A model generated the notes under the pieces. It had not been told where the DNA came from. It worked only from the letters and a program-made list of their open reading frames with translations, and searched no databases. A stretch of 47,954 nt of DNA, taken from the NCBI GenBank assembly GCA_003614675.1, contig ML002209.1, positions 62,001-109,954 on the forward strand, in the 5' to 3' direction. This document shows positions 24,726 to 34,425 of this stretch, piece after piece (the first letter of the stretch is position 1; every line of letters starts with the position of its first letter). A program made the position numbers and the translations under genes. The stretch is from Dimargaris cristalligena. Lineage: Eukaryota.

Positions 24726-24920
24726 TGGGATATAAATAGAATCCATCATTCTTTCGAGCGTTACGCTAGTCGTCATAAAAAAATACACCGTTGGAAAACG
24801 ACCTTACGTTTTCAAGGTGTATATATATATATCCTCTAGCGGAAACGAAAAGTGATGGCTATGGGAAGTGATGAGATGTGGGATAATCCACACCTACACA
24901 CACGCCTTGTTTTTTTTTGC

Positions 24921-26174
24921 TTAGTGGGTCAGGGGAGAATTCTCATCTTCGCCCAAAGAATTGGGGTCCTTGGCTGAAGTACTGTCAGCCGAAGCAATGA
25001 CTATCTGATGGTAAGCAGGGGGACCATCGGCCCGTTCCGACTTGGCCTCGGCGGCCTTGGCGAGACTACCGACCATAGCATCATCATCATCATCATGCTC
25101 ATGGTCGATGGACTCAGTGTGACGGTAGCCACGGGCGGCGGTCCGACGACGACCCCAAGCGGCGTACAAGTAATAGACCAACATGGGAAGGGTGATGATG
25201 GCGGTAATGGTAGCGAAACTGGCCAGAGCGGACAAGATGGCCACCCGCAGGAAAGGCGACAACCGGGACCACCAATCCCCACCGAGGGTAGCGGACATGT
25301 TTTGCCGGAGGGCCTCGGACCAAGAATTAGCAGCAGCAGAAGTGATTGTGGTGGAGGGCTTGGTTTTGAGGGTGACGAGGTGTTGGTGACCGTCATTGGC
25401 AATGTCCAGTTCGGCTTCACCCTCGGGAACCACACAGGGTTCGTGGTGGACGACCTGGCCGTCGGGGTGGATTTCGAGGATTTGTTCAACGAATTCCTTT
25501 TGGGTGAGTTGAACGCCCTCGGCGGTCACAATCCGTTGGCGTAGGGTGATGATGCGCATCTGAGGGGTCGTCGTCGTCATGGCCATCTCGGCCCCGTCGG
25601 TGACGTGGGAGGCACTATCGCTGTCGTCTTCACCATCACCACCACCACCACAGTCGAACATTTCCCCGTCTTCATTGGCAGCAGCAGGGTCGTTGGGGTT
25701 GACCTTGGCGATTTCCACGGTAGTAATCTGGGCATCCACCTCGACCTGGGCAATCCGCATGGTTTCCAACAAACTCCGCACGCCCAAGTCGAGCATGACG
25801 TCGTCGGCTACTTTAGGGTTCACCACGGTCATTTTCGACATGGTGACCTTTTGCACTCCGTCGCGCAGTCGTTTACCATCGAGCAAGACGTCGCCATTAT
25901 CGTGAATGACCACATCCACATCGATTTTGACCAAACGGGTGGCCAGCCAGTCTACGGCGAGGGCGGGGCGCAGGGTGGAAAGATCCAAAGCCAGTTGGGG
26001 GGAATAGATTTCGTCCAAACGGTCAATGGAAACGATGTAGTGGTGCTCCGAAGGGTCGGTGCGGACCCGGGTCAGTTGGACGTTGGTCTTGGGTACGTCG
26101 AAGAGCACGGTGGCCTGGATGGCCTGGCTAGCGACGACAGTCAACAGAAGGATACCAGCGACACGGTACTTCAT
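24921..26174 (-). CDS. Signal peptide + single-TM protein with cytosolic PPAY motif, 417 aa
   Basis: Signal-like N-terminus MKYRVAGILLLTVVASQAIQA, a beta-rich ectodomain, and TM VAILSALASFATITAIITLPMLVYYLYAAW followed by basic RRR. The acidic tail carries PPAY and EDENSPL. Codon usage is C-ending like neighbouring genes. Confidence 0.85.
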   Translation of the reverse strand: MKYRVAGILLLTVVASQAIQATVLFDVPKTNVQLTRVRTDPSEHHYIVSIDRLDEIYSPQLALDLSTLRPALAVDWLATRLVKIDVDVVIHDNGDVLLDGKRLRDGVQKVTMSKMTVVNPKVADDVMLDLGVRSLLETMRIAQVEVDAQITTVEIAKVNPNDPAAANEDGEMFDCGGGGDGEDDSDSASHVTDGAEMAMTTTTPQMRIITLRQRIVTAEGVQLTQKEFVEQILEIHPDGQVVHHEPCVVPEGEAELDIANDGHQHLVTLKTKPSTTITSAAANSWSEALRQNMSATLGGDWWSRLSPFLRVAILSALASFATITAIITLPMLVYYLYAAWGRRRTAARGYRHTESIDHEHDDDDDAMVGSLAKAAEAKSERADGPPAYHQIVIASADSTSAKDPNSLGEDENSPLTH

Positions 26175-26286
26175 GGTGATTGATTTTTTAATGGAGTATT
26201 AAAAAGAAAGGGAAAGAAGGGGAGTAGAGGTCAATCGAAAAGGAGGCCGAAGGGGAGTGGGGAGTGATATCCACGGGGAGGAGAGG

Positions 26287-26324
<38 letters not shown>

Positions 26325-27656
26325 ACGACAGGGACTAAATGATAAACCTATTGCCAATCGCAATGGAAGCAGAAAGGAGGCGTTTAATCAAACCAAGTAT
26401 TATTAGAGAAACAGCAAGCGGGAAGGAGGGAGGATAAAAGAATGCAATGGTAGAAATCTAAAGTAAACAAATGTCTAGGGGGCTGGGAGGGGTATATATA
26501 TATATATATATATATATATCGCTGCTCTTTCCGGACAAGAGGGAAAGAGCAACGGGAGGACTATCGAATGAGGACGGTACGAGGAATACGCCTACATCTA
26601 CACCGACACCTACTCCTAAGCATAAAGCAATGCAATGGGGAGAGGCGAGAAGGGAAAGGGGAGAAGCACAGAATGAACAAGGGGTTTTGGTAGGAGTGGC
26701 GGGACTTGGAATGCTAGAATGGGGGACACAGGCCGTTCCGGAACCTTCAACGAACGGATTGATTGGGCGGACGTTCGCCAAGAAGTAGGGGGGAGGGAGG
26801 GTGGCTCGTTCGGCCCTTATTCCGATGCTCCCGAGCACATGTACCGGTTGATGGAGAGCGAAGGAAAGGGGAGGAAGCGAGCGACAGGGAGAGCGAGAGA
26901 GATCTAAAGGGTTCAACCGACAATGAGGTACAGCACAGCGATCCACAAAAAAGAACAACCGGCCAGAGCAATCCCTGCTAATCGAGTGGTGGCTGTAAAG
27001 GAACGATGGTTTTTAGCTGTTGATAAAGAACCGTGACTTACCGCGAAAACTCTTTATTCGGGGAACAAGGGTGGTCTAGCCCAGTGAATGTGCTTCTCCA
27101 CAGAAGAGAGAGAGAGAGAGAGAGAGAGATGACAATTTTAAGCCACAGGGGCGAACCCCCTAAATGCTTCATTTGGAAGGCCGCTGGCCCGAGAACACAC
27201 AATAGCGGAGAGTAGAGCAGCAGGTTGGCTATAGTATAGATAGATATATTATAATTGGCGATAGAGTAGGGTGCGGTTGGTAAGGTAATGGTGCGGACTT
27301 TGCAGTCAGATAAACGGCTACTCCAGCGGCTATTATGTAGCTGGTTAAAGTTCCCGTAGTCCCCTCTCTATTTTCCGTGCGAAGCTGTGTTACTGTTCCT
27401 ATATTCCGTTTTACAGGGTTGAACACGCGGTGACTACCTTAAAGAGTCCCGTTCTCAGTTCCACCGGCATCCTTATGCAGGGCCCTATTAAATATACCCC
27501 CCCCCTTGTTTACCTAGTTTGTAGATCCCAAACCGAGCTCTGGGTTATCTTCTGGGTCGAATTGGCCCGTCGCCCTGTTGCCGTGTCCGTCGAAAACGAC
27601 CCCGCCCACAATTCTATCTATATATAGGGATAGGAAAGTGCCAGCCATAAGGAATA

Positions 27657-27794
27657 TGGGTGAAATTCGGCCCAGCTATATAAGGGCTTACATTATACGT
27701 GTATGGGAAAATAGATGGGAAATGTATTTTTAACTAGTAATATTGGCCGAATCTAATGGATTTTTCGTTATACAGCTTGGATGAACTTCTCCCA
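27657..27794. mobile_element. MITE-like 138-bp TIR element, copy 2, flanked by TA on both sides
   Basis: TA|TGGGTGAAATTCGGCCCAGCTATATAA ... TTATACAGCTTGGATGAACTTCTCCCA|TA gives ~27-bp imperfect TIRs. The internal TATTTTTAAC(C/T)AGTAATATT and TTTTCGTTATACAGC are shared with copy 1. Confidence 0.7.
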
Positions 27795-30086
27795 TATGGA
27801 CTGTAGAGGAGCTCACTGCAGCCGAGAAGAAGGGAGGACTGCGGCAGCGCAGGAAAAAACTGCTGGACAAATTCCCCTCCCTCCTCCTATTTTCTCATCG
27901 TCTTATACGAAAGTAGTGTAAGTAGATAGATAGGTGGTGGTGGCCTCATCCGCATATACTCAAGTGGCATGTATGCGTCCTCCTCCTCCTCCCTTTAAAT
28001 ACCGCTGCGGAGTGCTAGAGTAGCGACGAGAGAGAGCGTTCTTTCTATCCTTCTTTCCTTGTTTATTTCCTTCTGTGGCTGGCACTACCATGTTCCGGTC
28101 CTTCCCCTGCTTTATTGTTAAACAGCCGTCCTCGATTCTATTGAACCACCATCGTTTTATGACCATCCACAATTGCTGCTCGAATCTAAACCGCCTTGGC
28201 TGCCGCGGTTAATCTGGGCGTCTGCAGCATCAGCTGCACCTTTTCCCCATAGTATGTGCCTTGGTCACTGTCACATCATTATCATCATCACCATCCCCAG
28301 TCCCGTGCCGTGTCTCACGCACCGCTTGGTCTCAGCAGCCTCTCTATAATCTGTCTACTTTGACCCTGCCTATCTGGTGTATCTCTCTCTCTTTCTCTCT
28401 CCCTCTTCCTTACCACCTATTTCCTTGCTCTATCTTCTCTCACTATTTACCCCTTCTCCGCCGGTTTCCTTTGCCCAATTCCCTACCGCCCGAGTTTTTC
28501 GACCCCACCTTCCAACCCGACCAGTTCAGCCAGGTCTCCGCCAGCCTCTACTCCGCTCTAAGAGGTAAGTGTGCGGATGTTCTTATAGTCGTACATGTTT
28601 CGTCAGTCTCCCCCCTTTTTTATTTACGCCGCAGCCCTTCTTTAAGAAGAAATCGGGTTCCCATCTTAGACGAGGGTGGCATAGTGGGTCCCTGGAGTGG
28701 CGCCCAACCCATAGATTACCGGAGCCAGCCGATAGCCTTCGCCCTCCAGCTCCCCGCTTCTTAATAGACATAGCGTCTGCTATTGGCCCATGCCATGGGG
28801 TGGGGGTCATACCCCGCACCAACTTCTACTTAAAGTCCTTGTCCCTTCCACTCCCACCAATACCCAAGTCAGAGCAGAACCCCCTCCCCACCTTCCCCCT
28901 ACTGCCCACGTCATTACCACCAGTTATGACTAAGCCAGTTTCCTATAGGACCTGGGGCGGAGTTGTGGGGCCTCGAGCAGTCTCGACTCTCTCCCAATGG
29001 AGCTTGGGTGACTGCGGGGGTGCTCTATGGGGGTGGGTTGATGGCTTTTAGCATTCCAGCTCGTTTAGTCAACGGTTACCCAAAACCCCTCTCCCTCCGT
29101 TTTCTTTTGTTTACCCCTGTTTCCCAGCTTTTATTTATAGCTGAATAAACGGGGTGAAGAGAGAATATCCTTGTTTAATGAGCAACCGGGATGGGGGGTG
29201 AAGGATGACTGATAGACCCTTTCTACTGTGGAACCACCCAGAGCGGAAAAAATTCTGAGCGTTGTTTGGCAACCCGTGCGGGATAGGGGGGGATAGACAG
29301 AGAGAGAAAGAGAGTAGAGTATACGTGTGTATATGCCGTTGCTGAACTTCACCCGCGTTCTTCGTGTTTGCCTATCCCTCCCCTTCTCTTACTCTCTCAC
29401 CCTTGCCTCTCGTAGTAAAGGTGGTTGGTTTCTTTTATACGGACTCTTTTTCCATCTGGATCCTCAGTCATCGTCGCCTTTCGTCTTTCCTCCGTATTCG
29501 TCAGTAGCTGTGCGCTCGCAATACTCCCCTTTCCCTTATTTCTTCTATTACGGCTGCTTTTAAACTCATGTCAGCTACTTCAGTGTGTGCGTGTATTTAA
29601 CTAAATCCTCCCCGCTGCCACTTGTGCTCTAACCTGTGCCTACTTCACTCAATCCCTGTCTTCTGATCCCTGCCCTACGCCTCATTTTCCACGTCAGACT
29701 GCTTCATCCCGTGACGTACGTCTGTGTCTTCCAGCTCTCGAGAGTCCCTTTCCCTTTTCAGCCTACACTATACCACCCCGGGTGTTTACCGCCTTTGTTC
29801 AAGGTACGTTTCTCTTAACCACTCCCTAACTCCGATGCCATTTGTGGGGCATACTTTATTCCTCCGAACCAGCCCCCCTCCAACTGGCTTTTGGACATTA
29901 ACGTGGGCCCCGTCCGCTTATTTACGGACTTGGCCTTGTCGCCAGCCCCACTTGACACGTTTGTAATTTTAAGCTCCCCTTTTCTATCCCCCCTCTGCCC
30001 ATGTATTAATGTTTTTCTGGTCCTATTCCTCCTGTTTCCGTACTTGTAGTTTTTGTCAATCGCCCTGTTATTCTTCCCGGTTCACT

Positions 30087-31382
30087 ATGGGTCAAACTCT
30101 GTCCGAACCCATCGTCGAGAAGCACACCGACCATGGTGGTGATAAACGCATCATGTACGCCGTGTCCTCTATGCAGGGCTGGCGACTGACCATGGAGGAC
30201 GCCCACGCCACCCTTCTGGATATCCACGACCAGGATAATCGGGCTACCGGCGTAGCCTTCTTTGGTGTCTACGATGGGCATGGTGGATCGAATTCGGCCA
30301 AATTTAGCGGCCGCGAGCTTCACAACCATATCGCCAACACGGCTGCCTTCCGGGCCGGCGACTTCGAAAAGGCCATCAAGGAGGGCTTTCTTAACGCAGA
30401 CCAGCGCCTGCGCAGGGACGAGGAATACCAGGCCGAATACTCGGGTTGTACCGCCATCTGTGCTTTGATTTCGAGCGACAATACGCTGTACGTCGGCAAT
30501 GCCGGTGACTCGAGGGCAGTACTAAGTTCCTATGGCAAGGCCGTCCCCCTGTCCACTGATCACAAGCCCAGCTGCAAGACCGAACAAGAGCGTATTGTTA
30601 ACGCCGGCGGGTTCATTGAGTTTGGTCGTGTTAACGGCAACTTGGCACTCTCCCGGGCCATTGGCGACTTTGAGTTCAAACAAAACGAGCACCTCCCCGC
30701 CGAGCAACAGATTGTGACCGCCGATCCCGAGATCCTGCGGCATACCATCGCTGACAATGATGAATTTATTGTGGTTGCGTGTGACGGTATTTGGGACTGC
30801 CTCAGTTCCCAACAGGTGGTCACCTACGTCCGGAAACACTTGGCCCAGGGCGAAAACCTGGCCCAGATCTGTGAGAACATGATGGACTCGTGCCTGGCCC
30901 CCGCCTTGGATAATACCGGAATTGGCTGTGATAACATGACCGTCGTCATCGCCGCCCTGCTGCAGGGCAGAACCCCCGAGGAATGGTACACCACCATGAA
31001 GGAACGGTATCTCGAGCTCCACCCCCAGGGCCCCACCGGCCCTGACCCGCAGGTGGGAAGCGGCGATGACCAACCCATCGATCTGGCCCAACTACCCCCC
31101 CAGCCTTCATCAGGCCACGCCGCGGACGAGTCGGATGCAGATGAACTGCAGGAGCAAGAGTCGAGTGTATCCGAAATCACCGCCGCTGATACTACTGCAT
31201 CGGCTGCCCCGGCTGAGGCTGCCATGGGTATCGTTGAGGAAAAACTGACGGCTACTGGAGAAGCACTCCCCGCCCCCGCTCAGGAAGAGGAAAAGCCGAC
31301 TGAAACGGCCTCCGCCCCCGCGCCAGAGCCCTCGCTAAAGGAGCCCGTCGACATCTCGAATGTCGCGGCGGAGGTGAAATAA
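30087..31382 (+). CDS. PTC2: Protein phosphatase 2C, Ptc2/Ptc3 type, 431 aa
   Basis: MGQTLSEP start, SMQGWRLTMEDAH, FFGVYDGHGG, GNAGDSRAVL, DHKP, RVNGNLALSRAIGDFEFK, ACDGIWD and GCDNMT, then an acidic tail. The ORF track's start at 30009 lies upstream of the acceptor TAG at 30047-30049. Confidence 0.95.
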   Translation: MGQTLSEPIVEKHTDHGGDKRIMYAVSSMQGWRLTMEDAHATLLDIHDQDNRATGVAFFGVYDGHGGSNSAKFSGRELHNHIANTAAFRAGDFEKAIKEGFLNADQRLRRDEEYQAEYSGCTAICALISSDNTLYVGNAGDSRAVLSSYGKAVPLSTDHKPSCKTEQERIVNAGGFIEFGRVNGNLALSRAIGDFEFKQNEHLPAEQQIVTADPEILRHTIADNDEFIVVACDGIWDCLSSQQVVTYVRKHLAQGENLAQICENMMDSCLAPALDNTGIGCDNMTVVIAALLQGRTPEEWYTTMKERYLELHPQGPTGPDPQVGSGDDQPIDLAQLPPQPSSGHAADESDADELQEQESSVSEITAADTTASAAPAEAAMGIVEEKLTATGEALPAPAQEEEKPTETASAPAPEPSLKEPVDISNVAAEVK

Positions 31383-32589
31383 ATGGAAAGGAGAGGAAAC
31401 TCCGAGCGCTCGTATAATAATACATTACAATCCCCATAGTGCTTTACACTCGCCTTGTATCCTAATCACTCGTTTAGAGACCTACTGGATTTCCTTATTG
31501 CTACGTACACCCACTCACACACACCAACAAACCCGCCTTTACACACAAACACATACGCGCCTGCGATGATATCACACTCTTCGCTTTCCTTCTCTCTCTC
31601 CCCTTTCTCGAATAGACTGCTGATTGCTTCTCTATCACTCTTTCCTCAGCCAGTCGTTGTATTGCGACATCTCCCCCGCCCTTCATGTCTACACCCTTGC
31701 TCCCACATCTCCTTCCACGTCGTTTTGCTCAATACCGCTCGTTTAATTATTTTTTACCAAATCTTTTAAATAGTTTAGTTTTGTGCGTTCCTATTACTTT
31801 CCCCACTATATTACATTCTCTGTCCTCCCACTAATGTATCATTATTTCGACGACTTGAATGATTTTACTCTTAGTTGTTTCTTCTCTAGCCCTTTAGTCG
31901 TGCTTTACTTATACAGATATTAACTTGGCATTAGGCTGAATTGGTTATCGATGGATATTAATGAGTGGGTTGGTAAATGTATGTGCTGACTTTTAGGTAT
32001 AGAGAAATTGGAGATGTAGAATTGTTGGGCTGGTAGTATAAGAATTGACCCAAACCGGTCCTAACAATGGAGCTGGGCCTGTATCCGTTCTGATCTCCGG
32101 ATTTGATATTAAAGTGGGATTGGTAGTTTGGACTTTAATAAATAGGAACTTTGTTGCTCTTTGGCTACCGAATCGCCGCCTCGTCTACTTCAATCTATCT
32201 GCAGCCAGCTGTATCATTTAATGTTCTGACCCAATCGACATTCCGGACCTATCATATTTCTCTTATTTCTAATCAAATGCAATAGAAGTACGCCAAAATG
32301 TCCCCAAGGCCCGTCTATTTGAAAGTAGATTTTGCGTTTATGAGACCAGTTCGAATATTTAACGGACGTGGCTACAAATCAATTTCTAACCAATCCATGG
32401 GTGAGGGGGAAGTAATATTTAACTTGTATTAGGCACAATTCCAAGTAAGCGCGGTGCTTTCATGTGCACCCGGGGTCACTTTTAATAAGACGGGGCAGCA
32501 CGTCGATATTCCTTTGAAGTAGGGTATTTATAATGAAAGTGTGTGTGTGTGGGAAGGAGGGAGCACTTACGAGAGTGGTTTATCCATAC

Positions 32590-32599
32590 ATCACGTGAT
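32590..32599. promoter_or_regulatory. Palindromic E-box ATCACGTGAT (Cbf1-type) upstream of RPS6
   Basis: Perfect 10-bp palindrome ~370 nt upstream of the RPS6 ATG. A GCCCTAA motif is also present at 32953-32959. Confidence 0.35.
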
Positions 32600-32969
32600 A
32601 TACTCCCGGAATAGTGTCCCATCCGGGACCATTTCTCTGCGGGATTTCACCCGCCTTTCCCCCATAGTTTTGGGAGGGGGGGTGGTAGTGGGTGTATAGA
32701 AGAGAGAGGTACTATGATGAAGGCTGTATGATCTGTGTGGTCAATGGGGAGAGAAGGGGGGGGGAACACCAATTGGCTGTGGGTGAGATGGGTTTGGTAT
32801 GGTGTGTGTGGGAGAGAACACACCTGCCGTATAGTAAAGCGACAAAAAATAAGCTAGTAGCCAAGATATATAACCAAAAAGTAAAAGTAAAGTCGTTCCT
32901 TCTTTCCTCCTTCATCTTCACTCGGTCCCCTCCTCTGTTGTAGGTGTATAGCGCCCTAAATCTTTCACC

Positions 32970-34425
32970 ATGAAGGTAATGACGACGGCCTTTACCCTTA
33001 TGCGCACGCGCCACCACCACCCATCATCCACATAGCCCCCCCCCCGCACCACCGATCCCAGGCCCTCCGAACCGTCGAATGCGTCCGATGAAACTCCTTG
33101 AATCCATCCATCCATCCATCTGTCTCGCCATTTGTGTATCGAAGTACGGAATAGCTGATTGGCCCCTGACCAGTTATTGTCTCATGACGGCTAGAGATGG
33201 GTTCCGTACTCCCGGTATCATTGAAGCACATGGTTCCTTTGGCGTAATGGATGGATGGGCGCCTCGTCGAATAGTCGGGTTAAGCAATCGAACAAGCACA
33301 TGTACGAGTAGTCTGACGCGCGGTATTCGAAGCAGTTCACACAAATGTACATCGTTTAGGGTTTCGTCGGTTTGCAAAGGGCGCCGGCGGTTGTCTGGTC
33401 CACACATCGGATTCGAATGTCCTGACCTGGGATGTGGGTGGTTCAGGTCTAAATCGAATCTATTTCTACTCCAGGGTGAATCAGGTCCTCCTGTTGGATC
33501 CCGCACTGTTTGTGGCATTGTTGGGCCGGGCTGGGCGGACCATTCGGTTCCTCTAATTCGGTGAACAATCTCACTAATCCATGACCGAATCATTGTCACC
33601 TCCCGTTACTCCGTACTAACATCTCCCTTATCCGAATGCCCATTTATTCACCGTCAAAATGATTTATTTGACCTACTCCTACTACTATAGTTGAACATTG
33701 CCAACTTGGCCAACGGCTGCCAGAAGCTTATTGATATCGAAGATGAGCGTTTAGTCCGTATCTTCTACGACAAGCGCATCTCGGCTGAGGTCCCCGCCGA
33801 CACCCTCGGTGACGAATGGAAGGGCTACGTCTTCCGCATTACCGGTGGAAACGACAAGCAGGGTTTCCCCATGAAGCAGGGTGTCCTCCTCCCCCACCGT
33901 GTGCGTCTGCTCCTGTCCAAGGGCCAGTCGTGCTACCGCCCCCGCCGGGCCGGTGAACGCAAGCGCAAGTCGGTCCGCGGCTGTATCGTGGCCTCCGATC
34001 TCGCGGTGCTGTCCCTGGTGATCGTGAAGCAGGGTGAAGCCGAGATCCCCGGCCTGACCGACGCTTCGGTGCCCAAGCGTTTCGGACCCAAGCGGGCGTC
34101 CAAGATCCGTAAGATGTTCAACCTGACCCCCGCTGATGATGTCCGCCAATACGTCATTACCCGTACCGTCCAGCCCGCCAACCCCGACAAGAAGCCCTAC
34201 ACCAAGACCCCCAAGATCCAGCGTCTGGTGACTCCCCTCACCCTCCAGCGTAAGCGTCGGGAAGCGGCCCTCAAACGCCGCCACACCGCCAAGCAGCGCG
34301 AACAGGTCCAGGAATACAACCAGCTCCTGGCTAAGCGCGCCAAGGAACAGCGTAAGCGTAAGCTGACCGCTAAGCGTGAGCGCATTTCCTCCGCCATTGC
34401 CCGCAAGGCTTCCGCCTCCGAGTAA
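32970..34425 (+). CDS. RPS6: 40S ribosomal protein S6 (eS6), 2 exons, 246 aa
   Basis: Micro-exon ATG AAG at 32970-32975, GTAATG donor, TACTAAC branch at 33615-33621 region, TAG acceptor at 33690; exon 2 is 33691-34425. Sequence: [69 protein letters not shown]. Confidence 0.97.

Noticed and set aside
28261-29966. ORFs in the pyrimidine-rich region before PTC2
   Set aside because: They are better explained as 5'UTR and introns. CT-rich DNA lacks stops by composition.
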